Assembly: GCA_965209055.1 (NCBI GenBank)
Contig: OZ242374.1
Location: forward strand, 2,432,001 to 2,496,000
DNA from: Acidobacteriota bacterium
GTDB lineage: Bacteria > Acidobacteriota > UBA6911 > RPQK01 > JAJDTT01
Reading direction: 5' to 3'
Length of the DNA stretch: 64,000 nucleotides
In this document: positions 56,408 through 64,000 of the stretch, in pieces
Layout of the letters: each line of letters opens with the position of its first letter
Position numbering within the stretch: position 1 is the stretch's first letter
Notes under the pieces: model-generated
Seen by the model: only the letters and a program-made list of their open reading frames with translations
Told to the model about the DNA's origin: nothing
Databases searched by the model: none
Translations under genes and position numbers: made by a program

Positions 56408-56904
56408 TTTTCAGTCTCCAATCGCCGAGCCGCAATCTGGTGCTCCCGGGCAATTACGAAATCAACTTCGTACATGTGAAACACTGCCCGGGCCATTCCC
56501 AGTTGCCGGTACGCCTCCTGAGCCGTGCGGTTCTCGTTCTCGACATAGAGCCGAATCCCACACACGCCACGGTCCTTGGCCATTTCCAGAACCTGTCCGT
56601 AAAGCGCGCGCAGAACCCCTTGGCGCCGGAATTCAGGACGCACGTAGACACTTTGAAGCCACCAGAACACTCCGTTCCTCCAGTCGCTCCATTCGTAGGT
56701 CAGCCCCAGTTGGCCGGCCGGCCCGGACCCCGACTCCGCGATGAAGTAAAGGCCCAGTGCCTCGTCACGCAACATCGCGGCGACCCCCGCTCTCAGCCGG
56801 TCCATGTCCAAGTCCACTCCTTCGGTTTCCTGCGCCAGACGCGCGTTGAATTCAACGATGGTTTCGAGATCGGACAGTGCTGCGGGACGGATCTTCACAG
56901 TCAC
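56404..56904 (-). CDS. GNAT family N-acetyltransferase
   Basis: TYEWSDWRNG, SVYVRPEFRRQGV, RLYVENEN..AQEAY..LGM. Confidence 0.92.
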   Translation of the reverse strand: MTVKIRPAALSDLETIVEFNARLAQETEGVDLDMDRLRAGVAAMLRDEALGLYFIAESGSGPAGQLGLTYEWSDWRNGVFWWLQSVYVRPEFRRQGVLRALYGQVLEMAKDRGVCGIRLYVENENRTAQEAYRQLGMARAVFHMYEVDFVIAREHQIAARRLETEK

Positions 56905-57067
56905 GAGGATAGACCACGGGGAGATTGGCTATCCACCCTCACAGCCGTACGACGCGGCCCGCTCCGGCCTGGTCGGCAGACGGCCGAGTTCCCGGCGTTT
57001 CACGTCGTTTTCGAATGAAGGGGGCCGCAGGGTCCAACAGGTCCCTCGATGCAGCCCCGGGGCAGAC

Positions 57068-58294
57068 CTAACGCCGTTTCACCTCGATCATCCGGCCATA
57101 GATCCGGCGGGAGGGGGAGGTGTAGAAGTCGTCCCGCTTGTCGTAGACGACAAACAGCTTGCCGGGACTGATCTCGCGAACCGTGGTGTAGGCGCCGGTG
57201 ATGTCCATGGCGAGCCGCGTCACCTGGGTCCAGGAATGGCCCTGGTCCAGACTGAAGGCCACGAAGATCCCGTCGTCCTTGAAGTCGGGCTTGTGCCCGA
57301 AGCTGGCCACCAGGGTGCCGTCCCACATCTCGATCAGGTCGGGATCGACACCCACGATGTCCCGCCACCTGCCCCAGCGGCTGTACTGCCAGCGCATGGG
57401 CAGGGCTTGGCTCCAAGTGGTCCCTTCATCGTCCGAGTGGGCCTGGTAGAGGGGGTTTTCCCTTCCGGTCCGCATCAGGCAGACGAGCCGTCCCTCGTGC
57501 CGCCCCCGGCTGAGGCGGACGATCACCGGCTCGTTGAATCCCTCCTGACCCATGGGCCCCGCGGCGATGGTGGAGACGTAGGACCAGTTCTTGCCCACGT
57601 CCGTGGAGCGAAGCAGCAACGCGCGGAATTGCTTCATGCTGGGCCGGTACTGGCTCGGGGTGTTGTCCTCCTGGAAGACGCCGTAGATGCCGGCCAGAAG
57701 GTCTCCGTCGGGCATCTCCAGAATGGTGCGGTGCCACAGAATCCCGGTGGGGACGGTGTCTCCCCGGTCGTCGCCGAGATTCGGTTTGGCCCGGGGAACG
57801 TGGGCGATGTAGGGCGAGGGCGTCACCGTCCGCCACTGGTCGTCGGAGTGCCAGACCTGACCCTGGAAGCGGCCGTCCCCGATGTGCCGGCTGTAGTAGT
57901 CGTAGATCAGGATCCGGCCGGACCGCAACTGGAGGGTGCATCCGGAGATGATGGGTCCGTCTCCCTGTTCCTCCGTGGGGAACCAGAGTTCCCAGGACTT
58001 GCCGCCGTCGGTGGAGCGCACGGTCCTGGGAATGTCCCGCGGGTAGTTGGGTCCGGTGTACGACTCGGGATTGGGCCGGAGGACGGTCCCGACCACGATG
58101 ATGGTCCCTTCCCGGGTGGTGGTCATGTAGGGGAAGATGGCGTCCTCCATGACCACCGTCTGGGGGCCGACGCGGATTTCCAGAGCCTCGTGTTCCGACC
58201 CGGTCGCGCCGACCGCCGGGATCAGTGGAGTGCACAACGCCAATATGTACACCATCGAGGCGATTCGCAACCGCTCTGCCGTCATCACGTTCAT
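57068..58294 (-). CDS. Secreted BNR/Asp-box (sialidase-like) protein
   Basis: STDGGKSW, SDDQWRT, STDVGKNW, SDDEGTTW, SLDQGHSW. Signal peptide and GGAGG RBS. Confidence 0.85.
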   Translation of the reverse strand: MNVMTAERLRIASMVYILALCTPLIPAVGATGSEHEALEIRVGPQTVVMEDAIFPYMTTTREGTIIVVGTVLRPNPESYTGPNYPRDIPRTVRSTDGGKSWELWFPTEEQGDGPIISGCTLQLRSGRILIYDYYSRHIGDGRFQGQVWHSDDQWRTVTPSPYIAHVPRAKPNLGDDRGDTVPTGILWHRTILEMPDGDLLAGIYGVFQEDNTPSQYRPSMKQFRALLLRSTDVGKNWSYVSTIAAGPMGQEGFNEPVIVRLSRGRHEGRLVCLMRTGRENPLYQAHSDDEGTTWSQALPMRWQYSRWGRWRDIVGVDPDLIEMWDGTLVASFGHKPDFKDDGIFVAFSLDQGHSWTQVTRLAMDITGAYTTVREISPGKLFVVYDKRDDFYTSPSRRIYGRMIEVKRR

Positions 58295-58628
58295 TGCCTC
58301 CTCCCAGGTAAATCGAAGGAATCAATACCTGAGAAAAACGCCCGGATTCTACTCGGATTCACTTACGGGCTCCAACCGGCTACAGTTGATTCTCGAGTAT
58401 TTACCGCCGGACGAGTTGTATTTCGACCGTGACCTTCAAGATACAAATACTCTGAAGTACGGAATCAGAATGCAGGCGGCTATAGTTGATCGTTGAAGTT
58501 TCACTTGGCAACCGTCGCGGTATCCTCGTCCGGCTATTGGCGCCGGTGGCGGCCACGATACGTGTCGGAGTCTGAATCAAGCTGTTGTCAGAAAGGGATT
58601 CCTGAATGGCCACACGTGAGGAATTGAA

Positions 58629-59699
58629 ATGACCGGTTTATGGATCAACTCGTCAGAGGGATGGAGGTTGGAGTCGCCCGAAGTGTTTGATGACGAAGAG
58701 GCGCTTCACGGATTGGTAATCGACAACCCGGAGTTGCTACCGCTGTATGGGTCTCCTCGCCTTACGGTCTTGGGCAAAGAAGTCGTTCTCGGAAACGGAT
58801 ATGCGGATATCTTGGCAGTCGAACCGTCGGGGCGCCCCGTGATCATCGAAGTGAAATTGGGTCGCAACCCTGAGGCTCGCAGGGCCATTGTGTCGCAGAT
58901 CATTGCCTACGCGGCTTTTCTTCACGGGTTCGATGTCGACGCCCTTGAGCAAGGACCTCTCCGCAGACATCTCGCAGATGCCGGTCATCAGTCCATTCTC
59001 GACGCTGTGCGGGCGCAATATCAGGGCGGGTCCGTGGACCCCGGGTCATTCATAACTTCGTTGCAAGAGAGTCTGAACACGGGCAGTTTCAGATTGGTCT
59101 TCGTTCTGGACGACGTTCCGGCCGAACTGGAACGGATCGTTGCCTATTTGGAAACCGTGACGGTTCCGCAACTGACGATTGACCTGATCACCCTAAGGAC
59201 TTACGAGATCAACGAAGCGCTGGTCGCCTTGCCCCAACGGGTTTCACCGGGTTTCCAATCGAGCGGTCCCAATGTTGGCCCTGGCGGTTCGAGGTCTGCG
59301 GTATCCGATGGGGTCCTCTCCAACGGCTCAGGTGCGTTTAGAGCTTCGATCGCAAGCTCCGCCGAACAGGACCGTGCAGTGTTCGAGCAATTGATTGCAT
59401 GGGCGGAGAAGTTGGCTGAACTGCCGAACGTGCGTCTTCTGACCAACTCCTACCCTGATACGATTAATCTACTCCCCGCAGTGAAGCCAGCCAATGCCAG
59501 CTTGGCGTACATAGCGAATTACAAGAGCAAACCAAGCCTCTACGCTTATCGCAGCGTGATCGACCGAGTGGCGCCTGACTCGATTGAATCTATCGAAAGA
59601 GCAGTGGGGACATCGATAGGGCAGGGAACCAGGCTGCCGATAGAGCGTAATATCTTGAACGCCTTGGAATCAGCCTATCGAGAGGCAAGCGGTCACTGA
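58629..59699 (+). CDS. PD-(D/E)xK nuclease, EndoMS/NucS (DUF91)-like N-terminal domain
   Basis: EEALH..NPELL, ADILAV...IIEVK, RAIVSQIIAYA. Visibly lower GC than its neighbours. Confidence 0.75.
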   Translation: MTGLWINSSEGWRLESPEVFDDEEALHGLVIDNPELLPLYGSPRLTVLGKEVVLGNGYADILAVEPSGRPVIIEVKLGRNPEARRAIVSQIIAYAAFLHGFDVDALEQGPLRRHLADAGHQSILDAVRAQYQGGSVDPGSFITSLQESLNTGSFRLVFVLDDVPAELERIVAYLETVTVPQLTIDLITLRTYEINEALVALPQRVSPGFQSSGPNVGPGGSRSAVSDGVLSNGSGAFRASIASSAEQDRAVFEQLIAWAEKLAELPNVRLLTNSYPDTINLLPAVKPANASLAYIANYKSKPSLYAYRSVIDRVAPDSIESIERAVGTSIGQGTRLPIERNILNALESAYREASGH

Positions 59700-59979
59700 T
59701 GTCCCGACCGGGGAACAGGCTACAGCAATTGCAGTCAATTGGTGGTTGGTAGTCGATTAAGTTCACCGGGCCAACTGAGAATCCGTTCGTCAGCAGTTTC
59801 CTGCCGGTGTCCATCAAACGCCGTTGCGACGATCAGACGGTCTGGCGGGTCAGCTCTGTAGACGAGGTCGAACCCGTTGGGGTAGACAAAGGAACACACG
59901 AATCGCGCCGAAAAAAGCAAGGACCTCCGAAGAGGCCCTGCGCCCTGCGGTCGAAACCGCAAGGGGAGTTGCCGCAAAT

Positions 59980-60432
59980 CTACGCGCCCGAGCCGAAGAT
60001 TTCCAGCAACTTCTCCCGCCGGTAGTCGAAGATCCGCTTCACGTCTCTCCCGACTGCCAGCCAGTTCACCAGGGCGCCGCCCCAGACGGCGTAGCGGACC
60101 GTGTCCTCGCAGATCGCACCATTTCCCGAGTCGCGAAATCGATGTTCGTGGATCCAGAGGCGGTAGGGGCCCTTGACCTGCCGGTCCACGAATCGATGGG
60201 GTGGTTCCCAGGCCGTGATCTCGCTGATCCAGCGGACCGGCACGCCTCGGAGGCGCAAACGGTACTCGATCCGGGTTCCCTCCTGCATCCGGATCGGTCC
60301 GGGCGTGAACACCTGGAAACGGAGCCAGGGAGGGGTGAGCCTCTCCAGGTTGAAGGCGTCCGAGAAGAAGGGGAAAACGTCTACGGTCCGGCGGGCGACC
60401 TCGACCTCGCTGTTCAGTTCGAAAATTCTCAT
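59980..60432 (-). CDS. SRPBCC family protein
   Basis: VFPFFSDAFNLERLTPPWL, WISEITAWEPP..FVD.QVKGPY..W.HEHRF, IFDYR. Confidence 0.88.
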   Translation of the reverse strand: MRIFELNSEVEVARRTVDVFPFFSDAFNLERLTPPWLRFQVFTPGPIRMQEGTRIEYRLRLRGVPVRWISEITAWEPPHRFVDRQVKGPYRLWIHEHRFRDSGNGAICEDTVRYAVWGGALVNWLAVGRDVKRIFDYRREKLLEIFGSGA

Positions 60433-60655
60433 ACGGGTCCTGTCCGTGGCTCGACGATCCCACGGGTCGGCCGAAGTGATGGTGGCGGGCACTGCCGGAA
60501 CCGTACACGTCCCCGATCCACCAATCAGTCTATCCAGTTCGGAATTCCCGGGCCCGGGTACCGTCTGACCGAATCCCGAAAACGCGAAGGGACGGTGCGG
60601 GGCTGGCCGCCGATGCTCCCTCCTGGGTAAACTTGGCGCCGGATCGGAGGCATCG

Positions 60656-61441
60656 ATGGCCCACCTCGTTTCGGATCGACTCGAAGAACTGCTCCAGGAA
60701 CATGAACATCTCTACGGCGTCCTCTGCCGGGACGCGACCCTGACCGACATCGAGTTGATGGCGCAGGCCGGTTACCACGTCGTTTGGCTGGACCTGGAGC
60801 ACTGTCCCCAGTCCATTTCCGAGCTGATCCGGCTCACGCGGAGCATCGAGCATCTGGGGATGGTGCCCCTGGTGCGGATCCCCGAGCTGCTGCGAACCAA
60901 CGTCCAGCCGTTGCTGGACGGGGGCGTCCGCATCGTGACCCTGCCGGACGTCCGGACCGTGGAGCAGGCCGCTCGCCTGGTTCAACTGGGAAAGTTTCCG
61001 CCCCTGGGACAGCGGGGCGTCTCCTCCACCGGCGCCGGTACCGGCTTTCAGCTCGGCCCCGATTCCCTGGAGACCCTGCGCCAAGCCGACCGGACGGTGC
61101 GGATGATGGTCATGTTCGAGAGCGATGAGGGTTACGGGAACCTGGAAGAGATCGTCGGCCTCGACGGAATCGACATGGTCTCCGTGGGTCCCGGGGACTG
61201 GGCCACCGGCCTGGGTCTCAGCGGCCGGGAGGCCAAAGAGTATCTGGCCCCCAGGATCGAGCGCATCCTGCGGGTGACCCGGGACGCCGGCAAGATTTCG
61301 GTCATGTCCGCGTCCGGACCCGCTGATGCGCGTTACTATTCCGATCTGGGCGTCCGGATTTTTGTCGTGGGCGTCGACGTGGCCATGAAGCGCATGGCGC
61401 TGGTGAAGACGTTGCGCCAATTTCAGGGCGGGGAGGTGTGA
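60656..61441 (+). CDS. HpcH/HpaI aldolase family protein
   Basis: WLDLEH, PLVR, LDGG, FPPLGQRG, MFES, VGPGD. Confidence 0.9.
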   Translation: MAHLVSDRLEELLQEHEHLYGVLCRDATLTDIELMAQAGYHVVWLDLEHCPQSISELIRLTRSIEHLGMVPLVRIPELLRTNVQPLLDGGVRIVTLPDVRTVEQAARLVQLGKFPPLGQRGVSSTGAGTGFQLGPDSLETLRQADRTVRMMVMFESDEGYGNLEEIVGLDGIDMVSVGPGDWATGLGLSGREAKEYLAPRIERILRVTRDAGKISVMSASGPADARYYSDLGVRIFVVGVDVAMKRMALVKTLRQFQGGEV

Positions 61442-62193
61442 TGACGGTTCGACTCGAGTTTGTAGGGCATGCCTGCTTTCGTGTCTTGGAAGAGGGAAGG
61501 CCGACGCTGGTCACGGACCCGTTCACCCTGACCATTACGGGTCTCGGTAACGACGGCATGAGTCTGGACGGGGATGTCGTGATCGTCAGCTCGCTGACCG
61601 ATGAATTGCATGACAACGTGTCCCTGGTCGGGGGAGAGCCGCACGTCATCAACGCCCTGGACGTGGCCAATGGCCGGGCGGAGGAGACCATCAACGGCCA
61701 ACCGGTGGCGGCCATTCCGGCGGCGGAGACGCCGGATCATCCCGACGGTCCGGAAGACAACGCCCTCTACGCCTTCCAAGCCGGCGGCCTCTGGTTCGCG
61801 CACATGGGAGACGTGGGATACGAACTGGGACGGGAGGAGTTGGCCCCGTGGGCCGGCCGGTGCGACGTGCTGCTGGCGCTGGTGGGCGAGGGGTTCACCG
61901 TCCCCTTGGATGCCCTGGACCGGATGATCGATATCCTGCAGCCCACCTGGATCGTTCCCATGCACTACGCTCTGCCGCCCTTCGGATTCCGGGGGGTTCC
62001 CGGCGGGAACATGAGTCCGGTGGACGTCTTTCTGAATCGGCGCCCGCGCGATCCGGTCATCCTCGCCCGCCATCACACCATTTCGTTCCCGACGCGGCGC
62101 GACCGCAACGGACGACCAACCATCGTGGTCCTGGAGCCGTCGGGCTATCAGGCAACCGCAGGCCTTCCTGAATTCCGGGTCGCCCCCTATTGA
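61438..62193 (+). CDS. MBL-fold metallo-hydrolase (Lactamase_B_3-like), HxHxDH motif degenerate
   Basis: GHACF, TDPF, SSLTDELH, HMGDVG, VPMHY. Confidence 0.8.
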   Translation: MMTVRLEFVGHACFRVLEEGRPTLVTDPFTLTITGLGNDGMSLDGDVVIVSSLTDELHDNVSLVGGEPHVINALDVANGRAEETINGQPVAAIPAAETPDHPDGPEDNALYAFQAGGLWFAHMGDVGYELGREELAPWAGRCDVLLALVGEGFTVPLDALDRMIDILQPTWIVPMHYALPPFGFRGVPGGNMSPVDVFLNRRPRDPVILARHHTISFPTRRDRNGRPTIVVLEPSGYQATAGLPEFRVAPY

Positions 62194-62427
62194 ATCCAGC
62201 GGCCGGGAAGCGCACTGATAAGAAAAATGGGCGAGAAAGATAGACGCACCGGGAGTTTGGTGGGTTGGCCCAGCCGGTACATAGTGCGCCGGCCCTACAA
62301 CCCGCAAGACTGATGTTCCCACCGTAGCGCCCCGAGCCAAAGGAGCCGGTCGAGTTCGTATCCAGGAAGATAGATCGGGAGAAAGTGATGTCCGCACCCC
62401 CACGCGGACTGGAAAAATCCGATTAAA

Positions 62428-62439
62428 TGTAGTAACAAT
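62428..62439 (+). promoter_or_regulatory. Putative brnTA operator and -10 element
   Basis: TGT-N4-ACA (TGTAGTAACA) overlaps TAACAAT, 5 nt upstream of the inferred toxin start. Confidence 0.5.
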
Positions 62440-62444
62440 AAATC

Positions 62445-62714
62445 CTGCTCATCGAATTCGACGAGACCAAGCGCGCGGCGACTTTGGAGGCCCGAGGGTT
62501 GGACATGGCCCTCGCCGGAGAGGTGTTCGCCGGCAATACGCTCACGGTCGAGGATGATCGTCGAGACTATGGCGAGGACCGTTTCATCACGGTCGGCTTT
62601 CTCGACGAAACGATGGTAGTTCTGGTCTGGACGCCCCGCGCCGCGGCGTATCGGGTCATTAGCATGAGGAAGGCCAATGAACGCGAAAGGAAGCTCTATT
62701 CCCCAAGATTTTGA
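62445..62714 (+). CDS. brnT: BrnT family toxin (RelE-like RNase); probable non-canonical CTG start
   Basis: In-frame extension of the track ORF gives (L)LIEFDETKRAATLEARGLD...DDRRDYGEDRF..G...RVISMRKANERE. Confidence 0.85.
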   Translation: MLIEFDETKRAATLEARGLDMALAGEVFAGNTLTVEDDRRDYGEDRFITVGFLDETMVVLVWTPRAAAYRVISMRKANERERKLYSPRF

Positions 62715-62934
62715 TCTGGACACGGCGCCGGACCTTTCCAGGGATGGCTGGCCGGAGAAGTTTGCGAAGACGGCGGTTCGCCGCGGGCGCCCCCCTCTCG
62801 CCAGACCGAAAGTGTCCACCACTATTCGACTGTCGCAGGATGTGATCGATCATTTCCGCGCCGGCGGACGCGGCTGGCAGACGCGGATAGACGAAGCTCT
62901 TCGCGAGTGGATCGGGAAACCCGACACGGCGTAA
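62677..62934 (+). CDS. brnA: BrnA family antitoxin
   Basis: RRGRP..PKVSTTIRLSQDVIDHFRAGGRGWQTRIDEALR. Overlaps the brnT 3' end. Confidence 0.92.
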   Translation: MNAKGSSIPQDFDLDTAPDLSRDGWPEKFAKTAVRRGRPPLARPKVSTTIRLSQDVIDHFRAGGRGWQTRIDEALREWIGKPDTA

Positions 62935-63056
62935 GAGGGAATGCCAACGCTTCACCTGGACCCGTTCTCCTGGATTAACATCCATGCGGCCGGCGACTGT
63001 CGGTCATCCCGAGTTCCTTGTGTCGCCCTATCGACGCCGGCGGACGCAAGAATCGC

Positions 63057-63545
63057 ATGACTCAAGTCACCACATATTACTTGGAGATGAGACGGTCTTC
63101 CTGGCTCAGGGGCAAGAGGAAGCCTGGAGGATTGCGGGTATCTGAATGTGAAATTAAAGCTTATCAATTGAATCGATTTTTGTATCAATATGTTGGAGGG
63201 GCCTGGGAGTGGACCGATAAGCTCTCCTGGTCTGAAGAACAATGGGAGACCTACGCGGAGAGCGACCACCTTCGAACCTGGATGGCCTACTACAGGGGAT
63301 CCCCGGCTGGTTACTACGAACTACGGCAGGAAGACGGCGATGTGGAAATCGCCTACTTCGGCCTGGCGCCGGGATTCATCGGCCGGGGTTTGGGAGGCTA
63401 CCTCCTGTCGCACGCTATCGAGTCGGCCTGGGCGTGGAAGGGAACGACAAGGGTGTGGGTCCACACCTGCACTCTCGATCATCCGAACGCCTTGCCCAAC
63501 TATAGGGCAAGAGGCATGAAGGTCTTCCGGACGGAGACTTGTTAG
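63057..63545 (+). CDS. GNAT family N-acetyltransferase
   Basis: TTYYLEM, PAGYYEL, EIAYFGL..FIGRGLG, VWVHTCTLDHPNALPNY..RG. Confidence 0.9.
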   Translation: MTQVTTYYLEMRRSSWLRGKRKPGGLRVSECEIKAYQLNRFLYQYVGGAWEWTDKLSWSEEQWETYAESDHLRTWMAYYRGSPAGYYELRQEDGDVEIAYFGLAPGFIGRGLGGYLLSHAIESAWAWKGTTRVWVHTCTLDHPNALPNYRARGMKVFRTETC

Positions 63546-63615
63546 CGGGCTCCCGGGAGGAAAATCAAGATGGTCCCCGCAAGGTGACGGGGACGATATA
63601 CAAAACCGGCCACGC

Positions 63616-63870
63616 CTAAAATCTTTGCTCGGTTTGTTCCCGAAAATAGGTCTGGGCCTTGTTGATCTCGCTCATGATCTTATCGTCGGGCACGTCTCCC
63701 CGAACGAAGATGAGTACTGACGCCGGATCGGAACCATCAATATCCAAGTGCATCGCCCACAGGTTGAAACCACACTTGCCTGTAGCAGTGCCGTAGCGGC
63801 GCTTGAACAGCAGGTCCTGATTGGCTTTTCCCCGGCGCATCAGAGCGTAGCAGAAAGGATTCTTTTGCAT
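63616..63870 (-). CDS. Hypothetical protein or fragment in an AT-richer segment
   Basis: 84-aa ORF with no recognisable motif. Confidence 0.35.
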   Translation of the reverse strand: MQKNPFCYALMRRGKANQDLLFKRRYGTATGKCGFNLWAMHLDIDGSDPASVLIFVRGDVPDDKIMSEINKAQTYFREQTEQRF

Positions 63871-64000
63871 CTTTCGTCTTCGATTCTCTAGTAATTTATG
63901 TTTTCACCTCGGGCATTCAGGATAATCACATAATCCAACAATTATTTATGTTACCCTCGCCGGCCGGTTATCCGGCCCCATAGGCCCCCCAGGGGTTCTT

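Noticed and set aside
5228-58432. Long antisense or alternate-frame ORFs (e.g. 5228-6694, 15680-17443, 34875-36866, 51758-53458, 54293-55885, 56804-58432)
   Set aside because: Shadow ORFs expected in high-GC DNA. Each overlaps a well-supported gene and has no family motifs.
1-64000. CRISPR array, rRNA or tRNA genes
   Set aside because: No repeat-spacer periodicity, no cas genes, and no cloverleaf or rRNA-like sequence seen by eye, including at either island end. GGTTCGATTC near 12684 lacks tRNA stems.

Overview
GC-rich bacterial chromosomal window, gene-dense and mostly metabolic. The gene set looks like Acidobacteriota, possibly host- or sponge-associated (inference only). It carries sugar and sugar-acid oxidoreductases, msrA, rtcB, hisI-hisG, a LytS/LytTR pair, surface-modification enzymes, and three paralog pairs (stand-alone Cache, PhoD, MORN-like repeat). 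I found no rRNA, tRNA or CRISPR array. The main observation is a ~10.8 kb integrative element (42505-53352) with an intact P4-like tyrosine integrase. It is bounded by an exact 12-bp direct repeat (CCCGGCGGACTG) and sits inside a palindromic ERIC/MITE-like repeat rather than a tRNA gene: joining the two flanks restores one 166-bp hairpin element with 22-bp CTAG-ended terminal inverted repeats. The cargo looks defensive: a single-chain restriction-modification enzyme, a Ser/Thr kinase-TPR protein and a small PD-(D/E)xK-like protein. The element also has decayed IHF and DUF433 genes and two perfect inverted-repeat pairs that share a GAGCGACCCCCC core. Other unusual items are an NCS2 permease fused to a degenerate anti-sigma-kinase-like domain, a dehydrogenase-lactonase fusion, and a BrnT toxin that appears to start at CTG. 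All calls come from reading motifs by eye; no searches were run.
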